Of a stretch of 64,000 nucleotides of DNA, positions 51,601-64,000 are shown in pieces. The stretch is from the human T2T-CHM13v2.0 reference genome, Homo sapiens. A program made the translations under genes and the position numbers. The stretch lies in NCBI RefSeq assembly GCF_009914755.1, contig NC_060940.1; one strand, 5' to 3'. Under the pieces are notes generated by a model. It was not told the DNA's origin and made no database searches. It was given only the letters and a program-made list of their open reading frames with translations. Positions within the stretch are counted from its first letter, which is position 1. Each line of letters opens with the position of its first letter.

Positions 51601-54600
51601 TGTTTCAAAACTGCTTTATCAAAAGAAAGGTTCACCTCTGTGTGTTGAATGCACACTTCACTAGGAAGTTTCTGAGAATGATTATTTCTAGCTTTTATGT
51701 GATGATATTTCGTTTTCCAACATAGGACTCAAAAGTTACCAAATATCAACTTGCAGATTATACAAAAAGAGTGTTTCATAACTGCTCTATCAAAAGAAAC
51801 TTTCAACTCTGTGAGTTGAATGCACACATCACAAGGAAGTTTCTGAGAATGCTTCTGTCTAGTTTTTATATGAATATATTTCCTTTTACACCATAGGCCT
51901 CTAAGCCCTCCATATATCCACTTGGAGATGCTACAAAAAGTGTGTTTCAAAGCTGTTCTATCAAAAGAAAGGTTCAACTCTGTGAGTTGAGTGCACACAT
52001 CACAAAGAAGTTGCTGAGAATGCTTCTTTGTATTTTTTTGTGAAGATATTACCTTTTTCACCATATGCCTCAAAGCGCTCAAAACATCCACTTGCAAATT
52101 CCAGAAAAAGAGTGTTTCAAAACTGCTCTATCAGAAGAAAGCTTCAACACTTTAAGTTGAAGGCACACATCAAAAAAAGTATCTGAGAGTGCTTCGGTCT
52201 AGTTTTTATGTGAAGATATTTTGTTTTCTAACATAGGACTGAAAGGGAACAGAATATATAATTGCAGATTCTACAAAAGCATTTTTTCAAAACTGCTCTG
52301 TAAAAAGAAATGTTCAACTCTGTGAGTTGAATGAACACATCACAGAGAAGTTTCTGACAATGCTTCTGACTAGCTTTTATGTGAAGATACTTCCTTTTCC
52401 ACCTTAGGCCTCAAAGCGCTCCAAGTATCCACTTGCAGATTCTACAAAAGGAGTGTTTCAAAACTGCTCAATCAAAAGAAAGATTCTACTCCGTGAGATG
52501 AATGTACACATCACAAAGAAGTTTCTCAGAATCCTTCTGTGTAGTTTTTATCTGAAGATATTTGCTTTTCCACTGTAGATCTCAAATCTCTCCATGTATA
52601 CACTTGCAGATTCTACAAAAAGAGATATTCAAATCTGCTCAATCAAAAGATAGATTTAACAATGTGAGATGAATGCACACATCATGAAGAAGTTTCTGAG
52701 AATGCTTCTGTGTAGTTTTTATTTGAAAATAATCCTTTTTCCACCATAGGGGGTAAAGGTATCCAAATATCCACTTGCAGATTCTACAAAAAGAGAGATT
52801 CTATACTTCTCAATCAAAAGATAGGTTCAAATCTGTGAGTTGAATGCACAGATCACAAATAAGTTTCGGAGAATGCTTCTATCTAGTTTTTATGTGAAGA
52901 TAATTCCTCTTCCTCCTTAGTCCTCAAAGCACTCCAACTATCCACTTGCAGATTCTACAAAAAGAGTTTTTCAAATCTGATCTATCAAGAGAAAGTTTCA
53001 ACTCTGTGATTTGTATGCATATATCACAAAGAATTTTCTGAGATTGCTTCTGTCTTGTATTTATGTGAAGATATTTCGTTTTCCAACATAGGCCTCAAAG
53101 GGAGCCAAATTTCCTCTTGCAGATTATACTAAAAGAGTGTTTTAAAGATGCTCTATTAAAAGAAATTTTCAACTCTGTGAGCAGAATTCACACATCACAA
53201 AGAATTTCAGGGAGTGCTGCTGTCTGTTTTTTACGTGAAGATATTTCCTTTTCCACCATACGCCTCAAGCGTTCCAAATATCCACATGCGGATTCTACAA
53301 AAAGAGTGTTTCAAAACTGCTCTATCAAAAGAAAGGTTCATCTCTGTGAGTTGAATGCACACATCAAAAAGAAGTTTATGAGAATGCTTCTGTGTAGTTT
53401 TTATGTGAAGATATTTCGTTTTCCAACTTTGGCCCCAAAGGAACCAAATATCAACTTGCAGATTATACAAAAAGAGTGTTTGAAAACTGCTCTAACAAAA
53501 GAAACTTTCAACTCTGTGAGTTGAATGCACACATGACAAAGAAGCCTCGGCAAACGCTTCTGTCTAGTTGTTATGTGAAGATAGTTTGTTTTCCATCATA
53601 AGCCTTAAAGGGAAACAAATATCCACTTGCAGATTCTACAAAATGTGTGTTTCAAAACTGCTCTATGAAAAGATGGGTTCAACTCTGTGAGTTGAATGCA
53701 CACATCCCAAAGAAGTTTCTCAGAGTGCTTCTGCATAGTTTTTATGTGAACATATTTGATTTTCCACAGTAGACCTCACAGCGCTCCAAATTTCTACTTG
53801 CAGATTCTACAAAAAGAGGGATTCTGAACTGCTCCATAAAAAGATAGATTCAACTTTGTGAGCTGAATGCACACATCATGAATAAGTTTCTGAGAATTCT
53901 TCTGTGTTGTTTTTATTTGAAGATATTTCCTTTTCCACAATAGGCCTCAAAGTGTTCTAAATATCCACTTGCAGATTCTACAAAAAGAGAGATTCTAAAC
54001 TGCTCAATCAAAAGATAGTTTCAACTCTGTGAGTTGAATGCACACATCACAAAGAAGAGTCTCAGAATGCTTCTGAGTAGTTTTTCTGTGAACATATATC
54101 CTTTTCCACAATGGGCCTCAAAGGGCTCCAATTATCTACTTGCAGATACTACAAAAAGATTGTTTCAAAACTGCTCAATATAAAGTAGTTTCAATCCTGT
54201 GATGTGAACGAACACATCACAAAGAAGTGTTTCTGAATGCTTCCGTATAGTTTTTATTTGAAGATATTTCCTTTTCCACCATAGGGAGCAAAGGCTCCAA
54301 ATATCCACTTACAGATTCCACAAAAACAGAGATTCAAATCTGCTCAATGAGAAGATAAGTTCAACTTTGTGAGTTGAATGCACACCTCAAAAAGAAGTTT
54401 CTCAGAATGCCTCTGTCTTGTTTTTATATGAAGATATTTCCTTTTCCGCCACCGGCCTCAAAGTGCTCCAAACGTCCACTTGCAGATACTGCAAAAAGAG
54501 AGATTCAAAACTGCTCAATCAAAACATAGATTCAACTCCGTGAGTTGAATGCACATATCACAAAGAAGTTTCTCAGAATGCTTCTCTGTAGTTTTTATGT

Positions 54601-57600
54601 GAACATATTTGATTTTCCACAGTAGACCTCACAGCACTCCAAAAATCCACTTGCAGATTATACAAAAAGAGAGATTCAAAACTGCTCAATCAAAAGATAG
54701 GTTCACCTCCGTGAGTTGAATGCACACATCCCAAAGAACTTTCTCAGAATGCTTCTGTGTAGTTTTTATGTGAATATATTTGCTTTTCCACAGTAGGCCT
54801 CAAAGGGCTCCAAATATCCACTTTCAGATTCTGCAAAAAGGAGCTTGAAAACTGTTCAATGAGAAAATAAATTCAACTCTGTGAGTTGAATGCACACCTC
54901 ACAAAGAAGTTTCTCAGAATGCTTCTGTGTAGTTTTTATGTGAAGATATTTCCATTTCTACAATAGGCCTCAAAACTCTCCAAACATGCACCTGCAGATT
55001 CTGCAAAAAGTGAGATTTAAAGCTGCTCAATCAAAAAATAGTTTCAACTCTGTGAGTTGAATGTACACATCACAAAGTAGTTTCTGAGAATGATTCCGTG
55101 TACTTTTTATGGGAACATATTCGATTTTCCACAGTATGCCTCACAGAGCTTCAAATATCCACTTTCAGATTCGACAAAAAGAGATATTCAAAACTGCTCA
55201 ATCAAAAGATAGGTTCAACTCTGTGGGATGAATGCAAACCTCAGAAAGAAGTTTCTCAAAATGCTTCTGTGTAGTTTTTATGTGAAGATATTTCCTTTTC
55301 CACCATAGGCCGCAAAGGGCTCCAAATATCCACTTGCAGATTCTGCAAAAAGAGAGATTCAAAACTGTTCAATCAAAAGACACGTTCAACACTGTGAGTT
55401 TAATGCACACATTCCAGAGAAGTTTCTCAGAATGCTTCTGTGCAGTTTTTATGTGAACTTATTTGCTCTTCCACAGTAGGCCTCAAAGAGCTCCAAATAT
55501 CCAACTGCAGATCTAACAAAAAGAGAGATTCACAACTGCTCCATGAAAAGATAGCTTCAACACTGTGAGTTTAATGTACACATCCCAGAGATTTTTCTCA
55601 GAATGCTTCTGTGCAGTTTTTATGTGAACTTATTTACTTTTCCACAGTAGGCCTCAAGGAGCTCCAAATATCCATCTGCAGACCTAGCAAAAAGAGAGAT
55701 TCAAAACTGCTCCATGAAAAGATAGGTTCAACTCTGTGAGTTGAATGCATACATCACAAAGAAATTTCTCTGAGTGCTCCTGTGCAGGTTTTATGTGAAG
55801 ATATTTCCTTTTCCACCATAGGGCACAAAGGCCTGCAAATATCCACTTGCAGATTCTACAGAAAGGGAGATTCAAACTGCTCAATCGAAGGAAAGTTTGA
55901 ACTCTGTGAGGCGAATGCAAATATCACTAAGAAGTTTCTCAGAATGCTTCTGAGTAGTTTTTATGTGAAGATATTTCCTTTTCCACAACAGGCCTCAAAG
56001 GGCTCTAATTATCCACTTGCAGATTCTACAAAAATAGTGTTTCAAAACTGCTCAATAAAAACAAACGTTCAAATCTGTGAGATGAATGCACACATCATGA
56101 AGAAGTTTCTCAGAATGCTTCTGTTTACTTTTTATGTAAAGATATTTCCTTTTCCCAATAAGTCTCAAAGGGCTCCAAATATCCACTTGCCGATTCTACA
56201 AAAAGACTGTTTCAAAACTGCTCAATCAAAAGAAAGGTTCAACTCTGTGAGATGAAGGCACACATCACAAAGAAGTTTCTCAGAATACTTCTGTGTGGTT
56301 TTTATCTGAAGACATTTGTTTTTCCACGGTAGGCCTCAAAGAGCTCCAAATATCCACTTGCAGATTCTACAAAAGAGTGTGTCAAAACTGCTCAATCGTA
56401 AGATAGGTTCAACTCTGAGAGGTGAATGCACACATCACAAAGAAGTTTCTCAGAATACTTCTGTGTGGTTTTTATCTGAAGACATTTGTTTTTCCACGGT
56501 AGGCCTCAAAGAGCTCCAAATATCCACTTGCAGACTCTACAAAAGAGTGTTTCAAAACTGCTCAATCATAAGATAGGCTCAACTCTGAGAGGTGAATGCA
56601 AACATCACAAAGAAGTTTCTCAGAATGCTTCTGTGTAGTTTTTATATGAACATATTCGATTTTCCACAGTAGGCGTTTCAGTGCTCGAAATACCCACTTG
56701 CAGATTCTACAAAAAGAGAGATAAAAACTCTTCAATCAAAAGATAGGTTCAACTCTGTGAGTTGAAAGCACACATAAGGAAGAAGTTTCTGAGAATGCTT
56801 CTGTGTAGTTTTTATTTGAAGATATTTCCTTTTCCATCATAGAGTGCAAAGGGCTTCAAATATCCACTTCCAAATTCTACAGAAAGAGCGATTCAAAACT
56901 GCTCAGTCAAAACATAGGGTCAACTCTGTGAGTTGAATGCACACATCACAAAGAATTTTCTCAGAATGCTTCTGAGTAGTTTTTATGTGAAAATATTTCC
57001 TTTTCCACAATAGGCCTCAAAGGGCTCCGATTATCCACTTGCAGACTCTACAAAAAGAGGTTTCAAAACTGCTCAATCAAAAGAAAGGTTCAACTCTGTG
57101 AGATGAATGCACACATCACAAAGAAGTTTCTCAGAATTCTTCTGTGTAGTTTTTATGTGAAGATATTTCCTTTTCCCAATAGACCTCAAAAGGCTACAAA
57201 TATCCACTTGCAGATTCTACAGAAAGAGTGTTTTGAAACTGCTCAATCAAAAGAAAGGTTCAACTCATGAGATGAATGCACACGTCACAAAGAAGTTTCT
57301 CAGAATGCTTCTGTGTAGTATTTATGTAAAGATATTTGCTTTGCCACATTAGGCTTCAAACCGCTCCAAATATACACTTGCAGATTTAAAAAAAAGAGTG
57401 TTTCAAAACTGCTCATTCATAAGATAAGTTCAACTCTGTGAAGTGAATGCACACATCACAAAATAGTTTCTCAGAATGCTTCTGTGTATCTTTATTTGAA
57501 GATATCTCCTTTTCCACCATAAGTCGCAAAGGCTCCAAATATCCACTTGCAGATTCTACAAAAAGAGTCTTTTGAAACTGCTCAATCAAAAGAAAGTTTC

Positions 57601-60581
57601 AACCCTGTGTAATGAATGCACACATCACAAAGTAGTTTCTCAGAATGCTTCTGTGTAGTTTTTATGTGAAGATATTTCCTATTAAACAGTAGGCCTCAAA
57701 GCACTCCAAATATCCACTTGCAGATTCTAAAAAAAGAGTGTTTCAAAACGGCTCAATGATAAGTTAGGTTCAAACCTGTGAGATGAATGAACACATCACA
57801 AAGAAGTTTCTCAGAATGTTTCTGTGTAGTTTTATTTGAAGATATTTCCTTTTCCACCATAGACCACAATGGGCTCCAAATATCCACTTGCAGATTCTAC
57901 AAAAGGAGAGATTCAAAACTGTTCAATGAGAAGATAATTTCAACTCTGTGAGTTGAATGCACACCTCAAAAAGAAGTTTCTCAGAATGCTTCTGTGTAGT
58001 TTTAATGTGAAGATATTTGCATTTCCATAGTAGGCCTCAAAAGGTTCACAATATCCACCTGTAGATTCTGAAAAAGAGAGATTCAGAACTGCTCAATCAA
58101 AAGATAGATTCAACTCTGTGAGTTGAATTCATACATCAAAAGAAGTTTCTCTGAATGTTTCTGGGTGGTTTTCATTTGAAGATATTTCCTTTTCCACCAT
58201 AGGGCGCAATGGGCTCCAAATATCCACATGCAGATTCCACAAAAAGAGAGATTCAAAAATGCTCAATAAGAAGATAAGTTCAACTCTGTGAGGTGAATGC
58301 ACACCGCACTAAGAAGTTTCTCAGAATGCTTCTGTGTAGTTTCTATGTGGAGATATTTCCTTTTCCACAATAGGCCACAAAAGTTTCCAAACATTCACTT
58401 TCAGATTCTGTAAAAAGAGAGATTCAAAACTGCACAATCAGAAGACAGGTTCAACTCCATGAGTTGAATGCACACATAACAAAGAAGTTTCTGAGAATTC
58501 TTCTGTCTAGTTTTTATGTGAAGATATTTCATTTTCCAACATATGCTTCAAAGAGAACCAAATATCCACTTACAGATTTTACAAAAAGAGAGTTTCCAAA
58601 TGGCTCTATCAAAAGAAAAGTTCAACTCTGTGTGTTGAATGCACACATCACAAAGAAGTTTCTGAAATTGCTTCTGTACAGTTTTTATGTGAAGATATTT
58701 CTTTTTCCACTGTAGGCCTCAAAGCACTCCAAATATCCACTTGCAGATTCTAGAAAAAGTGTGTTTCAAAACTACTGTATCAAAAGAAAGTTTCAACTCT
58801 GTGAATTGAATGCACACTTCACAAAGGAGTATCTGAGAATGCTTCTGTCTAGTTTTTATGTGAAGATATTTCATTTTCCAACATATGCTTCAAAGGGAAC
58901 CAAATATCCACTTGCAGATTCTACAAAAAGAGAGTTTCCAAACTGCTCTATCAAAAGAAAAGTTCAACTCTGTGAGTTGAATGCACACATCACAAAGTAG
59001 TTTCTGAAATTGCGTCTGTACAGTTTTTATGTGAAGATATTTTCTTTTCCACTGCAGGCCTCAAGGTGCTCCAAATATCCACTTGCAGATTCCAGAAAAG
59101 GGTATTTCAAAACTACTGTATCAAAAGAAAGTTTCAACTCTGTGAATTGAGTGCACACTTCACAAAGGAGTTTCTGAGAATGCTTCTGTCTACTTTTTAT
59201 GTGAAGATATTTCCTTTACCACTATAGGCCTCAAAGCACTCCAAATATCACTTTGCAGATTCCACAAAAAGAGCGTTTCAAAACTGCTCTAACAAAACAG
59301 AGCTTGAACTCTGTGAGAGGAAAGCCCACATCACAGAGAAGTATCTGAGAATGCTTCTATCTTGTTGTTATGTCAAGATATTTCCGTTTCCACAATAGGC
59401 CTAAAAGAGCTCCACATATCTACTTGCAGATTCCACAAAAAGAGTGTTTCAAAACTGCTCTATCAAAAGAAAGATTCAACTCTGTGAGTTGAATGCACTC
59501 ACCAAAAAGAAGTTTTTGAGAATGCTTCTGTCTAGTTTTTATGTGAAGATATTTCCTTTGTCAACATAGCCCTCAAAGCTCTCTAAATATCCACTTGCAG
59601 ATCCTACAAAAAGAGTGTTTGAAAACTGCTCTGTCAAAAGAAAGGTTCAACACTGTGAGCTGAATGCACACATCACAGAGAAGTTTCTGAGAATCCTTCT
59701 GTCTAGTTTTTTTGTGAAGATATTTCCTTTTCCACCATAGGCCTCAAAGCTCTCCAAATGTCCACTTGCAGATTCTACAAAAAGAGTGTTTGAAAACTGC
59801 TCTGCCAAAAGAAATGTTCAACTCTGTGAGTTGAATGCACACATCACAAAGTAGTTTTTGAGAAAGCTTCTGTCTAGTTTTTATATGAAGATATTTCCTT
59901 TTCCACCACAGGCCTCAGAGTGCTCCTAATGCCCACTTGCAGATTCAACAAAAAGAATGTTTCAAAACTACTCTATCAAAAGAAAGATTCAACTCTGTGA
60001 GTTGAATGCACTCATCACAAAGTCGTTTCAGAGAATGCTTCTGTGTAGTTTTTATACGAAGATATTTCCTTTTCTAACAGAGCCTCAAAGCACTCCTTAT
60101 ATCCACTTGAAGATTCTACAAAAGAGTGTTTCAAAACTGCTCTATCAAAAGGAAGGCTCAACTCTGTGACTTGAATGCACACATCACAAAGAAGTTTCTG
60201 AGAATGCTTCTGTCTAGTTTGTAGGTGAAGGTATTCCCCTTTCTGCCGTAGGCTTGAAAGCCCTCCAAATATCCACTTGCAGATACCAACAAAAATAGTT
60301 TTTCAAAACTGCTGTATAAAAAGAAAGGTTCCACTCTGTGAGTTGAATGCACACATAACAAAGAAGTTTCCGAGAATGCTTTTACCTAGTTTTTATGTGA
60401 AGATATTCCCATTTCCACTGAAGGCCTCAAAGCACTCCATATATCCACTTGCAGATACTACAAAAAAAGTGTTTCAAAACTACTCTATCAAAAGGAGGGA
60501 GGGTTCAACTCTGTGTGTTGAATGCACACATCACAAGGAAGTGTCTCAGAATGCTTCTGTCTAGTTTTTATGTGAAGATAT

Positions 60582-60598
60582 TCCCGTTTCCAACGAAG
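60582..60598 (-). promoter_or_regulatory. CENP-B box (canonical)
   Basis: TCCCGTTTCCAACGAAG. Confidence 0.92.
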
Positions 60599-60752
60599 GC
60601 CTCAAATCGGTCCAAATATCCACTTGCAGATTCTACAAAAAGAGTATTTCAAAACTACTCTATCAAAAGGAAGGTCCAACTTTGTGAGGTGAATGCACAC
60701 ATCACAATGGAGTTTCTGAGAATGCTTCCGTCTACTTTTTTTGTGAAGAGAT

Positions 60753-60769
60753 TCCCGTTTCCAACGAAA
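60753..60769 (-). promoter_or_regulatory. CENP-B box (core nucleotides intact)
   Basis: TCCCGTTTCCAACGAAA; satisfies NTTCGNNNNANNCGGGN; lies exactly 171 bp after the previous box. Confidence 0.88.
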
Positions 60770-62623
60770 GCCTCAAAGGGGCCAAAATATCCACTTGCAG
60801 ATTCTCCAAAAAGAGTGTTTCAAAACTACTCTATGAAAAGGTATGTTCAAATCTGTGAGTTGAATAGAAACCTCACACAGAAGTTTCTGAGAAAGCTTCT
60901 GTCTAGTGTTTATGTGAAGATATTTCCTTTTCCACCACAGGCCTCAAAGCTCTGCAAATGTCCACTTGTAGATTCTGCAAAAATTGTTTCAAAACTTCCC
61001 TATCAAAAGTAAGTTTCAACTCTGTGAGATGAATGCACACATCACAAAGAAGTTTCTGAGAATGTTTCTGTCTAGTTTTTAGGTGAAGATATTCCCGTTT
61101 CCACCATAAGCCTCATAGTCCTCCAAATATCCACTTGCAGATTCTACAAAAAGAGTGTTTCAAAACTACCCTATCAAAACGAAGGTTCATCTCTGTGAGT
61201 TCAATACACACACCACAAAGAATTTTCTGAGAATGCTTCTGTCTACTTTTTATGTGAAGATATTCCCATTTCCATCGAAAGCCTCAAAGCGGTCAAAATA
61301 TTCCCTCGCAGATACTACAAAAAGAGTGTTTCAAAACTGCTGTATGAAAATTTATGTTCAAAACTGAGTTGAATGCAAACATCCCAAAGAAGATTCTGAG
61401 AATTCTTCTGTCTAGTTTTTATGTGAAGATATTTCCATTTCCACCATAGGCCTCAAAGCTCTCCAAATGTCCACTTGCAGATTCTACAAAACGAGTGTTT
61501 CAAATCTGCTCTTTCAAAAGAGAGGTTCAAATCTGTTAGTTGAATGCACATATCTCAGAGGAGTTTCTGAGAATTCTTCTGTCTAGTTTTCATATGAAGA
61601 TATTTCCTTCTCGACCACAGGCTTCAAAGTGCACCAAATGTCCACTTGCAGATTCTACAAAAACGTGGTTCAAAACTGCTCTATCAAAAAAAAATTCCAA
61701 CTCTGTGAGTTGAAAGCACACATCACAAAAAGTTTCTGCGAATGCTTATGTCTACTTTTTATGTGAAGATATCTCGTTTCCAAGAAAGCGTCAAAGGGTC
61801 CCAAATATCAACTTGCAGATTCCACAAAAAGAGTGTTTCAAAACTGCTCTATAAAAAGGTATGTTCAAATCTGTGTGTTGAATGCAAACATCACAAAGAA
61901 GTTCCTGAGAATGCTTCTGTGTAGTTTTTATGTGAAGATATTTCCTTTTCCACCATAGGCCGGAAAGCTCTCCAAATGTCCACTTGCAGATTATACAAAA
62001 AGAGTGTTTCAAAACTGTTCTATCAAAAAAGAGTTCAAATCTGTGAGTTGAATGCACACATCAAAAAGTAGTTTCTGAGAATGCCTCTGTCTAGTTTTTA
62101 TATGAAGATATTTCCTTTTCCACCACATGCTTCAGAGTGTTCAAAAAGTCTAGTTCCAGATTCTACAAAAACAGTGTTTCAAAACTGTTCTATCAAAAGA
62201 AAGTTTCAACTCTTAAAGCTGAATGCACACAACACAAATTAGTTTCTGATAACGTTTCTGTCTAGTTTTTATATGAAGATACTTTCTTCTCTACCACAGG
62301 CCTCAAAGCGCTGCATATATCCACTTGCAGATTCTCCAAAACGAGTGTTTCAGAACTGCACTATCAAAAGGAAGTTTAACCCCTTGGAGTTGAATGCACA
62401 CATCACAAAGAAGATTCTGAGAATGCTTCTGTCTAGTTTTTAGGTGAAGATATTCCTGTTTCCACCGTAGGCCTAAAAGGCCTCCAAATATTCACTTGCG
62501 GATGCTACAAAAGAGTGTTTCAAAACTGCTCTATCAAAATAAAGGTTCCAACCTGTGAGTTGAACGCATTCATCACAAAGAAGTTTCTGAGAATGCTTCT
62601 GTCTAGTTTTTATGTGAAGATAT

Positions 62624-62640
62624 TCCCGTTTCCAACGAAG
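62624..62640 (-). promoter_or_regulatory. CENP-B box (canonical)
   Basis: TCCCGTTTCCAACGAAG. Confidence 0.92.
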
Positions 62641-63725
62641 GCCTCAAAGCGCTCTATATATCCACTTTCAGATTCTATAAAAAGAGTGTTTCAAAACTGC
62701 TCTATCAAAGGGAAGGTTCAACACTGTGTGTTGAATGCACACGTCACCAAGAAGTTTATGAGAATGTTTCTAGTTTTCATATGAAGATATTCCGGTTTCC
62801 AGCAAATGCCTCAAAGTGCTACAAATATCACCTTGCAGATTCTACAAAAAGAGTGTTTCAAAACTGCTCTATCAAAAGGAAGATTCAACTCTGTGAGTTG
62901 AATGCACACATCACAAAGAAGTTTCTGAGAATGCTTCTGTCTAATTTTTATGTGAGAATATTTCATTTTCCATCATAGGCCTCAAAGCGCTCCAAATATC
63001 CATTTGCAGTTTCCTCAAAAAGAGTGTTTCAAAACTCCTCTATCAAAAGAAAGTTCAACTCTGTGAGATGAATGCACACATCAGAGAGAAGTTTCTGACA
63101 AGGCTTCCATCTAGTTTTTATGTGAAGTTATTTCCTTTTCCACCATAGGCCTCAACGTGCTCCAAATATCCACTTGCAGTTTCCTCAAAAAGAGTGTTTC
63201 AAAACTGCTCTGTCAAAAGAAAAGTTCAACTCTGTGAGTTGAATGCACACATCACAAAGAAGTTTCTGAGAATACTTCTGTCTAGTTTTTATGTGAAGAT
63301 ATTTCCTTTTCCAACGTAGGCCTCAAAGGGAACAAAATATCCCCTTGCAGATTCTACCAAAAGGGTGTTTCACAACTGCTGTACCAAAAGAAATGTTTAA
63401 CTCTGTGACTTGAATGCACCCATCACAAAGAAGTTTCTGAGAATGCTTTTGTCTTGTTTTTAATGAAGATATTTCCTTTTCCACTGTCGGCCTCAAAACG
63501 CTCCAAATATCCACTTCCAGATTCTACAAAAAGAGTGTTTCAAAACTGCTCTATCAAAAGAATGGTTCAACTCCGTGAGATGAATGCACACATCACAAAG
63601 AAGTTTCTGAGAATGCTTCGGTTTATTTTTGATGTGAAGATATTTTCTTTTCCAACATAGGCCTCAAAGGGAACCAAATATCCACTTGCAGATTCTACAA
63701 AAAAGTGTTTCAAAACTGCTCTATC

Positions 63726-64000
<275 letters not shown>

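Larger units (their letters stand above)
41079..63725 (-). repeat. Divergent alpha satellite, mosaic of two monomer variants with scattered B-type monomers
   Basis: 171-bp periodicity in the same orientation as 23000-35010. Alternates CTCTATC/GTCTAG-type and CTCAATC/GTGTAG-type monomers. Confidence 0.98.

Overview
Primate (hominoid, most likely human) pericentromeric DNA spanning a segmental-duplication/alpha-satellite junction; the chromosome cannot be assigned from sequence alone. Bases 1-22.8 kb are non-satellite: old L1M/L2/MIR relics, several Alus (one young Yd-lineage AluY with a perfect 15-bp TSD), a ~1.2-kb CpG-rich (GCCGCGGCTTTTT)n repeat (CAAAAAG type) fused to an unprocessed KSR1 exon 1/intron 1 fragment, a (GAAAT)n tract, and a full-length L1PA3/PA4-type element. 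From ~23.0 kb to ~63.7 kb is divergent 171-bp alpha satellite. It is interrupted by a full-length antisense L1PA2-type element with an intact ORF1 and ends in another L1 fragment. There is no intact host protein-coding gene, and most ORF-track entries are artefacts of repeats. I found no evidence for a new enzymatic system. The strongest signals are structural: an open KSR1 exon-1 frame behind a substitute CpG repeat, an open L1 ORF0 pointing at it, a fossil 8-mer/5-mer higher-order pattern in apparently monomeric alpha, interleaved alpha variants with a micro-inversion at one switch, and isolated intact CENP-B boxes. Subfamily and gene assignments rest on recalled consensus sequences, not database searches.
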